A stretch of DNA of 64,000 bases from Octopus vulgaris (Eukaryota), in the NCBI GenBank assembly GCA_951406725.2, contig OX597830.1:3844001-3908000 (forward strand), in the 5' to 3' direction. A program made the position numbers and the translations under genes. Below, in pieces: positions 25,900 through 41,099 of this stretch. The notes beneath the pieces are model-generated. The model was not told the origin of the DNA, made no database searches, and was given only the letters and a program-made list of their open reading frames with translations. Each line of letters opens with the position of its first letter. Within the stretch, counting starts at the first letter, position 1.

Positions 25900-26850
25900 C
25901 CAGGTCATTAGATAAAGGTATTGCTGACTTCATAATCTTAAAAAAATCTTTAGTGTCTATGAGGTGGAGAACTTGCTTAACCAGAATGAGGAGGTGGAGT
26001 GGTAGTGGTGCTTTCTCAGTCTTCCTTGAGTCTATACTGTTGGGTGTGAGCAGCAGTAAAAGTGGTATCTTTAGAGTGGTGGCCATTAATGTCCTGACTT
26101 GGCAAAGCCACTTAATTTCTTCAGACCGGTAGGAAGATGAAATAGATTGTGAGTCAAGGAATGCCGGTGCAGATGAGAAAATATTTGAATGAGGGTGCTC
26201 TCGTTGATAAATTCTAGACAATAACTCTGCTGAATTCAGAGTTTAAGATTTTATCCCAAGTGCCAGAAATCTGTTGGTGCCTCTCTTTGGTAGCGTAATC
26301 AGGAAAATGCAAACTTTCACAATCCCAAACAAATCTGTTGACAATAACCAGCATTGTAACAAAGCTGGCTTTGTTGAGACCATAATGTATTTGGATCCAT
26401 GAAAACCTTTAAATATGTTGACCCTCATTACTTGGCAGCTGTCCTGATGGAAGGCAATTTTGGTTTGTTTTCAAAGACTAGAGCATTTCAAAATACAGTG
26501 CCATCTGCTCGGTGGATACACTAAATATTATGGTATTTTGGAACACTCTGCCCAAATCGTGATGTGGGAGAGCTGTGTCAGCATATACAGACATGTCCCA
26601 ATAATGGTGTGAGATATCAAGGAAGTTGAGGTGATTGGCAGCATTCTAAAGATTTACATGACAGTAATGGGGAAAATGTTTAACCTGGAAGAGTTAGTAG
26701 TCTTGCAACTCAGCTGTCCAGATTAGGAAACAACCAATACTGTTGGTTGAGCATTACATGGCTTGGGGATTGCTTTGCTTCAGACCTCCTGGGGGAAAAG
26801 GAATTGGGATAAAACTATGAACAGAACGAACTGAGAGGAGCAATTCTTGT
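25900..26850 (+). pseudogene. Highly decayed Tx1/L1-type reverse transcriptase remnant
   Basis: ITLLNSEFKILS at 26221, QTFTIPNKSVDNN, FKYVDPHYLAAVL, VSAYTD (degenerate YADD, 26575-26592), then GSILKIYMTVMGKMFNLEE, in the expected L1/Tx1 motif order. Confidence 0.75.
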
Positions 26851-27782
26851 AGAAGTGGCAAACCTGAATAATCCACTGACTGTTGGGCTTCGTTTCAGTT
26901 TCCATATGACCAGACTGAAATGTCTGCACTTGTGGAATTGAACTCATGACTCTATGACCACGAGTTGAAGACCCTAACCACTAAGCCATCTGCCTTCACA
27001 ATGCATGTACATGTACTGAGACTGACCTTTGTAGGGATTCCTGAACAATGAGCTGGTGGGATTGTCCTTCGTTAAGGCATGTTTCTGCAGTTTATCTCTC
27101 TGATAGAGCTGTTGTTATGGGTCAAATGAAACCCAAAATGTGGCCCCTGGTATCAAGAGTGGTACCAGGCCCTCGCTGCTCTTGCCCAACAAGGTGATGT
27201 CCAGTTGGTGGAAATTCCATCGGAATTTTATACAAGATGAATGGTAAGCATGTGTTATGATGGAGAGAAATTCTCGTTGTCAGTGAAAATCAACAAGCTG
27301 ATCTGTTTAGGAGAATAATTTCAGCTTTTCTCCCTAAATTAGAAACACTTATAAGGGAGAGGCAGGGGTGGATTGCTAGAATCGTTGGAGCATTGGAAAA
27401 ATATCTGGTGGTATTTGATCTGATTCTTTACATTCCAAGTTCACATCCCAGTGTGGTCAACTTTGCCTTTCATCTTTTCAGAGTGCAGAGAGCAATAGAT
27501 AGACAGATAGAGAGAGGGGGTGAGAAAGACTTGTGGAAAGTAGATTGGAAAAAGAGAGGGAGAGAGAAAGAGAGAAAGCAGGACAGTGAGAGAGAGAGAG
27601 GAAATTTTAGAGAAAAATTTTTTTTTCACTGAAGTCAGTAAAATAAGGTATTGGTTAATTACTGGGTTTGATGGTTGCTAATCTTGTCCCTCAAAGCTGC
27701 TGGCTTGATTAAAATTCAGAAATCATCATCATCGTTGTCATCATTATCATTGTCACTGTTATTATTATCATTATTATTATCA

Positions 27783-27813
<31 letters not shown>

Positions 27814-28250
27814 GAAGGCGGCTAGCTAATAGAAACATTACCATGCAAGGAGAAATGCTTAGTATTTTGTCTGTCATTATGTTCTGAGTTCAAATTCCAC
27901 CAAGGTCGACTTTGCCTTTCATCCTTTCGGGGTTGATAAATTAAGTACCAGTTGCATACTAGGGTCGATCTAATCGACTGGCCCCCTCCCTACAAAAAAT
28001 TTAGGCCTTGTGTCTAGCATAGAAAACATTATTATTATTATTATTCTAAAGGTGGCAAAAATCCTTAAAATGCTGCACGGGCTACTCAGAGACATCTCTT
28101 CCAGTTTCATGTCCTGAGTTCAAATTTCGCCAAAATCAACTTTGCCTCCCATCCTTTCAGGATTGATAGAGTACCAGTGGTACACTTGGGTCGATGTAAT
28201 TGTCTATCCCTTTCCTACCAAATTTCAGGCCTTGTGCCAATCAGAGAAAA
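27814..28250 (+). mobile_element. Two head-to-tail tRNA-derived SINEs (family A) in an (ATT)n tract
   Basis: ttctGAGTTCAAATTcc B-box-like motif followed by conserved ggtcgactttgcctttcatcctttcggggtygataaattaagtaccag; more than 10 copies in the window. Confidence 0.85.
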
Positions 28251-28341
28251 AACTAATCATCACCATCAACATTGTTTGTAGTAATAGTGGTGGTAGTGGT
28301 GGCTGTTGTCATCGTTGTCATAGTCACGGTCATGATATTGT

Positions 28342-28372
<31 letters not shown>

Positions 28373-28389
28373 TATTGGTGCTGTTAAGT

Positions 28390-28800
28390 TGCTAGTGAGA
28401 TGAGGAGAGTTGTTAGTGGAAAGAGAAAGAAACAGTTAAGTATAATATGGAGGGGGAGAGAAAGAAACGTAGGTGGGGGTGGAGAGACAACGGAAAGAAA
28501 GTGAAAGAAAGAGAAAAGAGAGAGATAGAGAATGAGAGGCGTAGGGAGATTGGGGAACGAGAGAGAGAGACAGGAATAAGATAAGGAGTGAAAGAGAGAA
28601 GAGAAAAATAGTGTGAGAAAGAGAAGTGGGGGCAAAATTGAAGAGAAATACAGAGAAAAGGGGGCAGAAATGGGGGAAAGGGGAGAAAGGGAGAGCAAAT
28701 TTAAGAGGTTTTCTGACCCGAATTGTAACGGCTGTAAAAAGTGTGGAAAGCAATAGATAGAGAGATTGAGGGGATGAGAAAGACATGTGAGAAGTAGATT

Positions 28801-28837
<37 letters not shown>

Positions 28838-29310
28838 AGTCTGTCTGTAAAGATTAAAGTGAAAAAGATAGATAGATAGATAGACAGATAGATAGATAGA
28901 TAAGTAGATAGATAGGTAGGTAGGTAAGTGGGTAGATAGATCAACAGACAGTGATAGACAGACAGACAGACAGACTGGTAGATAGATAGACAAAGAGATA
29001 GAGAGAGACAGGAAGGAAGAAGGAAAGAGAGAGGGAAATATTGAGAAGGAGAGATTGAACTGAGAGAGAACAAAGGAGAAAGAGACAGACAGAATGACAG
29101 GGGAAAAATTTGAGAGGGAAAGAGAGAAAGAATGATTGGAAGAATGAGTTAAATAGGAAAAAAATGGAGAAAATAAGAAACAATATTAGAAAAGAGATGG
29201 AGAAAGATAGAAAGAAAGGACGAGGTAAGAAGGCGGAGGAAAAAAAAGGAAGAGGAGGAGGAAGAGAAGGTAAAGGAGCAGGAGGAGGAAGAGGAGGAGG
29301 AGGAGGAGAA
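28390..29310. repeat. Long purine-rich (GA/GATA/GGA) low-complexity tract
   Basis: Directly visible. Confidence 0.9.
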
Positions 29311-29664
29311 CATACGCCAATACAAGTGTCGTCTGCTCGCAAGTGATGTTGGAATGGATATGGAATTTCAACTGTGATCTAAACATTATCATTCTTACTG
29401 TAGTAGTACAATAATAATAACAACAATAACATCAATAATAATAATAATAATAATAATAATAATCACCGCCACCATCATCATCATCATCAATATATTATAA
29501 TCATGTGGAGGAATAATAATAATAATAATGATAATACAACATACCAACTTACTCTAAAATCTGGTAAGTAAGCTTACTTCTGTCTTTGTGTGCGGCGTGT
29601 GAGCATGTTATTGCTTCATGCATGTGTGCATGTATGTGTATGTGTCTGTGTGTGTGTGTGTGCA

Positions 29665-29696
<32 letters not shown>

Positions 29697-30227
29697 CATA
29701 CACACATATGTGTATATATACATATATATATATATGCATGTATAAATGTAAGATGTGTGTATGTATATATATATACATATAAATATATATATATGAATGT
29801 GTGTGTGTATATATATATATATGTATAAAGAGAGAGAGAGAGATACACTCAGATACACATGTATATCTCTGCATACATACATATATAAAAACAAATATAT
29901 ATATATATACATATATACACACACACACATGTATGTACATCTCTTTGCTGTGTTTGTTAATATTATCATTTCATTTTTTTCATAATAATAATAATAATGA
30001 TGATAATAATAATAATGTTGTTATTGTTGTTGACCATTAAACAACTATGAAAGAATGTCCTGGTGTTCATTATATACAAGCAATAGTAGTAGTAGTAGTT
30101 TTGCAGTTACGGAATTTGTTTACTTTTTGTTTCTTTTCATGGACAAATATTTACACACACGCCAGAATGTGTGTGCCTCAGTCTATCTGTTTATCTATCT
30201 ACACACACACACACACACACACATATG

Positions 30228-31042
30228 CTCTCCCTTATCTCCCCCTCTCTTCTGCTATACCCTGTCTTTCTGTCTTTACTAGCCATTCTCTCTCTCTCTC
30301 TCTCTCTCTCTTTCTCCTCGTCTGTATTCCTCTACTTTTCACCTTCTCAATCCACCTCCCTCCCCTCACTTCTATTCGTCCCCTGTCTTTTATACTAAAC
30401 CTTTCTCTATCTCAATATTAATCTCTTAATTCCCCCCACCACCACCACTGCCACCACCATTCACACCTGTTTCATTCTTGAATTATTTCTCTCACCATTT
30501 TTGCTGCTTGTTTATCTCTCTGTTTTTAATCTCTCCATGTTTGCCTTTCTCTTTCTCTCTCTTTATCTCCCCATCTCTCTCTCTCCCTCTCTCTTCATCT
30601 CTCTCTTTTTCTCTCGTTCTCTCTCTCTCTCCTCTGTCTTTCAATCCTTAACTCTCCCTTCTCCCTTTTTTCCTTACCCTGTCTAACCATTATTTCATCC
30701 TTTCAGTATGTCTGTCTCTCTCTCTCTCTTTTGCCCTTTTGCTCACTCTTCCTCCCTCTCTCTACGAAATACTCAATCTATGTAACTAACATACTCTCTC
30801 CTCCCCCTCTCACTTCTTACTTTCCTTACTAATTCACTATTCTCTCTTCTCTCTCTGCTTCGCAACATTTCTCTCTTTGTCTCTCTCCTTCTCTCTCTCC
30901 CTCCCTCCAAGACACTCAGCATTTCTTTTTCAGGATCCCTTTCCTTCTCTTTGATTTTTTTCTTCTGTTCCCTACCCCGCCCCATCTCCCCCCTCCAGCC
31001 TATTTCCTCTCCCCACCCACCATCATTCCCCCTTTCCACCTC
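30228..31042. repeat. Long pyrimidine-rich (CT) low-complexity tract
   Basis: Directly visible. Confidence 0.9.
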
Positions 31043-31781
31043 TTAAGATTTCAGTCTTCTTTCTTAAGATCTGTTCCACACCCCTGTGAGGCGCCTCACC
31101 ATAGTTACACAACTTGCTAGAAACAACAGCCAAATTTCATTCACACCATACTCAACAGTCTTGCCAAAGAAGGCACACATTGGATTTTGTAGTCCTAGAT
31201 ACATAAAGCATGCCTATAACAACAAAAGCAAAACCAAAAGAAAAGAAGAAAAAGAAAAAATACGATGTTCACAGAATTGCAGTTTTGCTCGTTCTAGGTT
31301 GACTCAGGGCTAAACAACATCGACTTCTGGCTAATCTCACTTTTCTTTCTTTGAATCTGGGATCCCACCCACTCCCACCACCACTCTCACACACCGCCTC
31401 CATCACCTACTTAAGGGACCCTACATTTAAGTATCATCTCCCTAGTTACTGATGACCCTAACACAACTTTATACTTCAACACTTTATAAACTGGCAACAT
31501 TCATTCCACAGATAATAATAATAATAATAATTCTACTTTTTTATTCTGTTATATTTCTTCTGTATTGTACTGTGTTGTTGTTGCTGTTGTTGTTGTTGCT
31601 GCTGTCGTGGTTGCACAGGAGAGTGATATGTCATTAAAAATGTGTAATAACCTTCTAGATTTTGCACTATATATATATATATATGGCTACATGTGTGTGT
31701 GAGCATGTGGTTATGTATATGTGTGTGAATATGTATGTGCATTGGTGACTATACATATGTATATGTACGTGCATGTGTGTG

Positions 31782-31819
<38 letters not shown>

Positions 31820-31912
31820 TATATATATGTATACATATATATACATAGATATATAAATATATATCAGGTAGTTATGTCTTATATATATACATGTAGATAT
31901 ATATGTATGTAG

Positions 31913-31959
<47 letters not shown>

Positions 31960-34028
31960 ATATTTATATATATATGTATATATGTCTTATACATATATGT
32001 AGATGCATATAAATGTGTATAAGAGTATGTATTACATACATGTGTAAGTTAAAGACATGTTTTATAGGCACACACACACATGCACATATATATATATATA
32101 AGTATTATATAAAAAATAATTTTGTGGATGTCAGAATGAACATTGAAGCTATCTATTTCTTGTAATAAATGATTTGGTTATTGCGAAATGCAGAGAAAAT
32201 TTGGAATATATATTCTATCAGAGTAAAGATCATTTTTCTTACTTATATGCTGACAAATGCACAATATTCTCAACCACAACTACTACTTCTGCCACCACCA
32301 CCACCACCAACAATAACAACAACAATAGATAACTATATATGTTCCTCTACATGTTCAGTTGCCAGCTAGAAATAGCTGCCAAACCTCCTTGGAATCACAA
32401 CTGAAAGAAAAGCATGTCCCACCCACTAACAGAAAAAAAGAAAAGAAAATAGAGACGTTATGATCACAAATACATTTTATTATAGGCCTGCTTCATCAGG
32501 ACAGACCTGGGGCTAAGCAACAACAATCACAACAACAATAGTAATATTTAATCTATCATTTTATAGTAAACATTAATATATTTGTTCTCAAAAATAGAAA
32601 ATAGAAAATAGAAAATACAATATTTTGTTAATATACACAACTTGGATTTTTTTTTCTGTAGTGAAAAAAATCCCTTTTCTCCTCTCATCCATACAGAGCA
32701 AATAAGATCCTGTTTTTCTCTATTTTTGTTATTGTTAATAACATACACTACATTTTCACTATTTATATCTCCTTACAATATATTTTTATAATATAGCAAG
32801 CTTCTCTTCTTTTATACAAAAACTAGCCATCTTTTCATCAGGCTTGTGTTTGCTTCAATCTCTTTTACACTCAGCTTACTTCTACCGCATTGTATCATCT
32901 TATTTCCTTTTCTCCCTTTGAAGACACTATTTTATGTTGTATAAAAGATTTACATTTGCCAAACTAACAGCCTTACTATGGAATTTATGTTTCACTTAGT
33001 TATGTATTTTGTAGCATTTCAATTGTTGTTTGTTGTTGTTGACTAAATGGACTCTTGGAACATACCAGACAATTTAATATAATTTAACCAATGCATGTTC
33101 TGTTATTATCCCTCCTCATCATCTTTTCTTACCTTTTTTTTTTACTCTAAATATCAGTGTTTATTAACCAAAATATTTTTTCCATCTTCCACCCCACACA
33201 CATTCCATTTATACTGAAAATATCTCATTTAAACACACCAAAGTGAGAATGTTTTTGTCTTCTTTAGGTTTTATGTTCAAGGTAGCTTCTTAAAAGAAAA
33301 AACTGAAAAAAAGAAAAAAAAAAATTTGGTGTGTTTCCTCAACCCCTAAAGTTATTTTGGTTGATGCCAACCCCTACCTGTTTCTTACTTTTGATTCTAT
33401 TTCTTTAAAAGCTTTCTTAATGTGGTTCTAAACTTGTTTCCTTGAAAACAGAAAACTTAGCATTGTGAATATTATACAATGCCGGTTTCAATGGCATCTG
33501 CTTATGTCACCAGAAATTTCATCATCATCATCATCACTGTCAGTATCAACATAATCACCCTCAGCTTTATAATCTTTATTATCATCATCATCAATATCAT
33601 TATCACTGTTGTCATCATCATCAGCATCAGCATCAAGAAACAAAAAAGTTTTTTTTGGTTTATTTTTTTCCTTAACATTTTTTATATAAAAAAAAAACAC
33701 AATTACAAGCTAAAAAGTAGAAAATTTGAACTGATGGTGCATTTTCTTCTCTTTAAGTATATACTCTATGTATATATGCATTTGTGTATATATGCATTTG
33801 TGTATATATGTATATGTGTATATATGTATCTGTGTGAGTGTCTGCATGTTCATGTTGGAGTTTGTAAGAGAGAATATTTTAAAGTTTTGTCTTCATGGTT
33901 TAGCCAAGAGAAGGCAATGTCCATGACATTTGCTGCCCTCATGGACAGGAAATAATGAGTAACCAAATGCAGTTTTCATATTTTTTATAAGGATTTGTCA
34001 TTCCCTTCTTTTTACTTCACATCACCTC

Positions 34029-34062
<34 letters not shown>

Positions 34063-35779
34063 GTTTTTATTGGGCCCTGTAGATTGGAGAAGAACAGTTA
34101 AGTGAGACTGTGTACCGTCTGGGATCAGGGTGACCCTGGATTTGTGAAGTTCCTTGATTGGTTCCAGTTGGAGGTTCTCTATAACAATAACTGCATCCTC
34201 ACATATTTTATGTACTAAGTTTATTTGATATCTCACCTCTCCTTCCTCTCCCTTTATTCTCCTTGTCTTTTTTTTATGTACCCCATCTCCTGATACCAAC
34301 TGTAAACTCTCCTTGTAATCTTCCTCTTTATCTAATGCCCCTGTGGCAAATAAAAAAAAAACATCATCATCATCATCATTATTATCCTTATTGTTTCATG
34401 AGATCACTAAACTTTTTTCTGGTTAAACATGTAGTTGATTGAAGTGACTACAATATTCCCCCAAAGACAAAAAAAGTCACCGTTCTCCCTTGTTGAATCG
34501 TTCCCCATTTCTCAATCAAATCCTTTCTTTAAAACCTGTTTCTAATTATCAGTCTTTATGTCTCTTGTCTTATATTTTCTTTATACTAATCTCTGTCTTT
34601 TAGACAATAGATTGTGTGTGTGTGTGTGTGTGTTACTGTATTGATTAGTTATAAAGCTACAGACTCAAGGACCACCAGCACTCACCAAAGTTCAAAGTTT
34701 GGTAAGTGCCCTGCATGGAACTTTTGGTCCCTAAGTCACTTCTGCTCTTTTACAGCTAATAAATAACTACACATGTGTCTGTGTGTTTGTGTGATTTACA
34801 AAACTGTAATCAGATTGTATTTATTGGTCAATAGTATCTTTAATTCCCATTGTGTCTCAAGAGGGAATTTCAGGATTATTATTTCCATATGGCTCAAATA
34901 ATTTTAGCACCGATTCTAAAAAAGGTGCAAGAACAAAAGAACAATGACATCAATGGTGCAAAACAAAATGGATAATTCTTTAGAATTTTTGTAATCTTCG
35001 GATGTTTTGAACATAAGGTTACATTTTAGCATCTCTCCTAGAGCAGTCTGTAGTTAGAACATTCACTTACATTTTAAAGGAGATATTTTTTGTCTTGAAA
35101 ACAGAATCATGTACTTTCTTCAGTAGTGAATGCTGATGCTGCTACTACTACTACAACTACTACTGCTGCTGCTGTTGTGGCTGCTATTACTGCTGCTGCT
35201 GCTGTGGTTTCTCTTGCGTCTACTGTCAGTGCTGATGCTACAATAACCACACATGCAGACAGAGAAATGCATATCTGCACTCCCACATTAACTTCTCTAA
35301 TAATCACAACATCCAGCCAAATAAACTGCAAACTGGCTACATGAGCATTTACATAACATGGATGATGCACTGTGCATGTGTGCATGTTCACATGCACACA
35401 TGTGTAAGACCTAGCACCTAATGCATCAGACATACAAAATACTATCGCTGTCATCATCATCATCATCATCATCAGTATGTTTCTATTTATTTTTTTTATG
35501 CCTTCATTGGATTAGCTGGATTTTGTAAGGACTGGATACTGCACAGAAGACATTGCAACCACACGGCTGCACACACTCACCAGATGAATGTCTGTGAAGA
35601 TAAACGAAGTGCTGATGCGTATTTACAGAGCGTATAACTATTTGTATGTTATGTGATGACTGCTAATATGTGAAATGGTTGACACAGAGTGTCTGAATGG
35701 TTGAGCGACTGTTCACATGAACCACCACAGACAAACATATACGCAGGAAATTATAAGCAATGTATTTAGATATGCTAAC

Positions 35780-35798
35780 ATCTCACATATATACACAC

Positions 35799-35851
<53 letters not shown>

Positions 35852-36039
35852 TGTGTGTGTGTGTTTGTGTATGTGTTCATGTGTATACATGCAGATATAT
35901 ATGTATATATATATATATGTGTATATATATATATATATATATAAAAATATATATATATATGTGTGTGAATATATATAGGTACATATGTGTGTATATACAT
36001 ATAGGTATATATATGTATATATATGTGTGTGTGTATATA

Positions 36040-36070
<31 letters not shown>

Positions 36071-36247
36071 GTGTATATATATGTGTGTGTGTATATATAT
36101 GTGTGTGTATATATATATGTGTGTGTGCATATATATGTGTATATATATATATGTGTGTATATATATATGTATAAATATATATGTATATATTTATGTGTAT
36201 ATAAATATATATATATATGCGTATAAATATATATGTATATATATATG

Positions 36248-36278
<31 letters not shown>

Positions 36279-36300
36279 ATATATGTATATATGCACATAT
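35780..36300. repeat. (TA)n/(TG)n compound microsatellite
   Basis: Directly visible; source of many Y/I/H/T ORFs. Confidence 0.97.
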
Positions 36301-38495
36301 AACCATGTATAAATGTGTGTTTGTGTTTGTCACACTCAAACTTAAATGTACCCATCAAGAGGAACAGATTTCATTCCCCCACCCTATCTGTTATTTCTTT
36401 CATTTTCTTATATAAAGAAACAAATTCCATTAATCCGTTGTTACTGCTTCACATTTAAATCTCTTCCAGACAACCTTTCATGAATGTGATGTGAAGCCTC
36501 AGCATCGTCTTTGCATTTAGCAGTATCGTTGTTCACAGAAGATGCTGCAGTGCAAAAGGAATTTGGTGAATTTTGGTGAAATTGTGGGAAGTAAAATGTT
36601 GAAACAAACACAGAATCCATTAGAGAGAGAATGCAACGTTTGAGATGAGTGTGGATGTCGTTTGTATGTTGGTGTGTGTTCATCAACAGGTGAATGCTTG
36701 TGTGTGTTAATTAGCAGGAAAGCTCCAAAAGTGACTCTCATGTATGAAATTCTTGGCTTTTGAGTCTCTTTTGTAATTTTTCTTACTGTTAAGGATTTTT
36801 GTAAACTCATGTATTAAGTTTTGTTTCTCCTGTCTATTCCACAGATTCTCTCTTTATCTGTCTGCCTGTCTGTCTGTCTGTCTATCTATCTGTATATCTG
36901 TCTACTATCTACTTACATATGATTATATGTGCATGTGTGTGTGTGTGTGTGTATATATGTGTTCATCTGTACATGTGGTTAAATATATATTTACGTACAC
37001 ATATATATATGTGCATATATATATCTTTTGTATATATATATATGTGTATATATATGTGTGTGTGTATATACATATATATACATATATATGTGTGTACGTA
37101 TATATATATATACACACACATAAACACAAACATGTGCTCATATATAGAGAGAGAAGAGAAAGAGATAAAGAGAGAGAGAGAGAGAGAGAGAGAGCAGTAG
37201 GATTACAAAGAAAGGAGCAGAGAGTGTTTCTGGGGAGAAAGCAAGTCAGTGTTGTATGGTGAGATGAGTGAGATGAATGGAAAACGAAATCAGAACAGAC
37301 TTGGGAAAGAAGAAATAAAGAAAAAGTACATTGTTATTTTACATAAATCCTCTCTCTCTCCCTCTCCCTCTTACTTTCTATCTCTCCACACACACACACA
37401 CACACATACATACGTGTGTGTGAAGAGACTGAAAGATAAGTTTGTTGGAAAAGGTGAGAATTGTCTGCTGTGATTGCTACAGAGATACATTTGAAAGGAC
37501 AGAAGGTGTAATCTTTAAGAATATGCTTCCTACCAGATCAACAAAGGAAACAAGAGAATCTGTCAAGTAAAGAAAACTATGAGACTTTGGAACAGGTGTT
37601 GTAAGGTATAACATGGCATAACATCTTGTGTGTGTGTGTGTGTAGTTGTGTATATAACAGGAGTAGGGGAGTAGTGCCATTTATCTCCAATATTCTGCAA
37701 AATCATGTCTGGCTGTGGTGAAATATTCACCTGGATTCGAAACAGGTGAGGGTTTGTGACAGGAAGGGCATCCAGCTGTAGAGAATGTGCCTCAATAAAT
37801 CCTGTCTGACCCATACAAGTACAGAAAAGTGGACATCAAGATGATGATGTTGGTAAAGGTACAGCTAAGCAATATTCTGCAGCCAATGGTAAAAACTGAT
37901 TTGATTGGCAGAATTACTTGGTTGGTATATATTTTATTATCCTAGAAGAAACAACAAAAATAATCTTGGCAACAGCAGGATTTGAACTCAGATTATTCAG
38001 CCAAACCAAAATACTACAACTCACTTTTAACTGTATATTTGGCAATTCTACCATCCACCACTCACCATTTTAATGTGTGTGTGTGTGTGTGTGTGTGGAA
38101 CCTTGAAAGTTATACACTGGTTCGTTGGTGGGAGAAATGAATGCCTCAATAACAAATAAAAGATGAATGCAAGGAATTCTTGAAATGGAGAAATGATTGC
38201 GAGGAAGGAAGATGAGGTTTGTGTGTGTGTGTGTGTGTGAAGGGGGAATAAATGGAAACACATGGACAGCTCGAGTGAAATGAGAAAGTAGGATTTGTCA
38301 AAGTTTTTCCTCTTTAGCTGTTGCTTCTCTTATTTCTTTGCATAGAATATATGTATATATATATATATATATACTCACTCACACACATATACACATGTAT
38401 ATTCATACACGCACCATGCATGTAGCATGTATACCAAGAACATGTGCATAAATGCAAACCTTGAAGCTCACATACTTTCACCTATCCATGTGTTG

Positions 38496-38591
38496 AAAGA
38501 TATTCTGTCTATTTGTCTGTCTATCTATCTATACACATACATACATATATTATATATATATATAAATATAAATATATATATATTTATATAT

Positions 38592-38624
<33 letters not shown>

Positions 38625-38681
38625 TAATATATGTATGTATGTGTATAGATAGATAGACAGACAAATAGACAGAATATCTTT
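38496..38681. repeat. Perfect inverted duplication (arms >=65 bp) around an AT-only spacer
   Basis: aaagatattctgtctatttgtctgtctatctatctatacacatacatacatatat and its exact reverse complement; opposite-strand ORFs share [23 protein letters not shown]. Confidence 0.92.
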
Positions 38682-38859
38682 TCCTAGGAAGTTAAGTACA
38701 CTCAAAGACACACCTACACCCACACTCATAAATATATGCATTTATATACAGACATATCACTAACATATGCTTACAAGCTTGCATGCTCAAGCATGTATAT
38801 GTTCAAACTCATATTTTTACATATCCACATGTTAAAAGTTACAGTATATATATATTTTT

Positions 38860-39017
38860 TTTTTCATATAAAATTAGTGTACATTTAAACACAAAAGAGG
38901 TGTATTTAAATGTATACTAATTTTATAGGAAAAATATAGTCTGTTGACTATTTTATACATGCTAGGTAACTGGTAGAAAATTTTTTATAATTTTCCTACC
39001 CTGTATATTTTTCTTAG

Positions 39018-39020
<3 letters not shown>
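38860..39020 (-). mobile_element. Collapsed relative of the 11980-12338 fold-back element
   Basis: Contains agtgtacatttaaacacaaaagaggtg and, on the minus strand, agggtaggaaaatt...aaattttc...agtcaacagac similar to 11995-12110. Confidence 0.6.
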
Positions 39021-39053
<33 letters not shown>

Positions 39054-39699
39054 GAGAGACAGACAAACAGTCTTGCACACATATATGTATACATGTATAG
39101 ATGCATGCACAGTTGCATAGACAAACATACTTGCATGTGTGTGTGTGTGTGTGTGTACCAGATTACATAAGAATGCATGTATCCTGTATGTGCTTATATA
39201 GTTGTGTTTGTGCATATGCACCTGAATATGTACATTCATACATACAAATACATGTATACACATATACAAGTATACACACGTGTGCACTTGCATACCAACA
39301 TATCCACAAACACATAAGCACATATGTGCATACTTCCACATGCACACACATTTGGACACTGACACACACATGTACAAATGTATACACCTGCATACATATG
39401 TATACACAGTCAGACACATACAATATCGCGTACAAAACCAAAACCTTGTTCAGTTATCGTCCTTCCTTGTTCATATCAATGAATGTCTTCCATCTTCCTG
39501 CTCCATATATTTAATTTTTAATTCATTTGCCTCTCAGGAAACTCTCTGTTAAATGTGGCAAACATATTACAAGTAGCAGCTTTATCCTCTTCAGACATTT
39601 ACTTCGAGAATTGTGTTCGGAACAGATGATGAGTGTTGGTATCACTAACACTGTGACCCACTTGATGTGTGTGTGTGTGTGTGTGTACATAGATAGATA

Positions 39700-39735
<36 letters not shown>

Positions 39736-39751
39736 AAATACATATATATAT

Positions 39752-39807
<56 letters not shown>

Positions 39808-39849
39808 TATATGTATATATATATATACATATATGCATATATAACACAC

Positions 39850-39882
<33 letters not shown>

Positions 39883-41099
39883 CAGATACACATACATATA
39901 TACATATATATAATACACATACATACACATATACATACATGCATTAACACTCATGTACATAAACATTTGAAGATGAAAATGCCTAAGTTTTAAAAAATTA
40001 TGTCTCTTTCGATATATAAAGTCACAAAACATATATCTTCCCCTGTGCTACATCCCGTAATGTTTCCCCTTACTGGTTTCTGCTTTTTGAGTTATTCATG
40101 AAGAATTAATAGTTTACTCTTCAAGTATGCTTGTAGAACCATAGTTTGTGATACTTTTCTTTTAATCACCATCTTCCTTATAACATGGCATTTTGTTTAC
40201 AGTGATTAATGATCAGACATTTATGCATGGCTTATATTTCTTAATAAATTGATTTTCTTTAGTGGTTTATTGTTGGTCTAATATTGGATCTGAGCATTTA
40301 TAAATCAGGAATACTTTGAAATTGGGTAGTTTATTACTACACATATTGCTATATGTTCACTTAACGGAATTGATTTCTTGCTGGCATACCATCGTTTGTT
40401 TGCATAATGGTAATCCAGTCTGTCTGGTATAGTTTTCCAGATGACTATAACATGACATTACATATTTTAAATTCTGAGATTTGCAAGTAAAATTTACTCC
40501 CTAAACCCTTTTGTTACCAAATTTCTATTGAAATACACTGTTTCAATTAATTTTAAAAGTAATGAAGAATTTATAACTTTGTAATTATAAAAGTTGGTGC
40601 TTGGTATATACAATGACATGAAATTTTAGAGAAGGTTTTTATTTCATATCACTTTCAAATGAGAAGTTCATATCATACACCTGGGAGTGGCCTTACGCAG
40701 GTTAGTATCATAAAGGTATTTTTCTTACCTTAAACTAGAACTCTAATCCCTCAGTATCACAATTTGGTCTTCTGCATTTTGTCAGTTGGGAACTTAAACT
40801 GTTGTCTTAGCAAGTTTTTTTCTTTTGCAATGTCTCGTTTTCTCTTTTGCTTTTGATGACTTGTTGATATTCAAACCACCCCTTAATAATGGCAATATTA
40901 TTTTGCTAAATTACTCACTGTTTCCAACATTCATGGAAACAAAACAATGCACTTCAACAGAAATTTAGTTACAAAAGGTAAAACCTATGTTGAGTAATTA
41001 ATTACTTTCTCAACCCACTTTAATTACTTAAGCTAACATTTCAATCATCAACACTAACTCTTTCTGCTACCATTGTTTTTATCAGAATTCACAACTTGT

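Noticed and set aside
34070-34361. Possible L1/Tx1 3' UTR ending in aaataaaaaaaaa
   Set aside because: Only a poly(A)-like end and a pyrimidine-rich stretch; no coding motif or second copy in the window.
40500-40720. Possible piggyBac-like MITE (aacccttttgttacc...ggttagtatcataaagg)
   Set aside because: TTAA target sites and TIRs are too degenerate to support a call.
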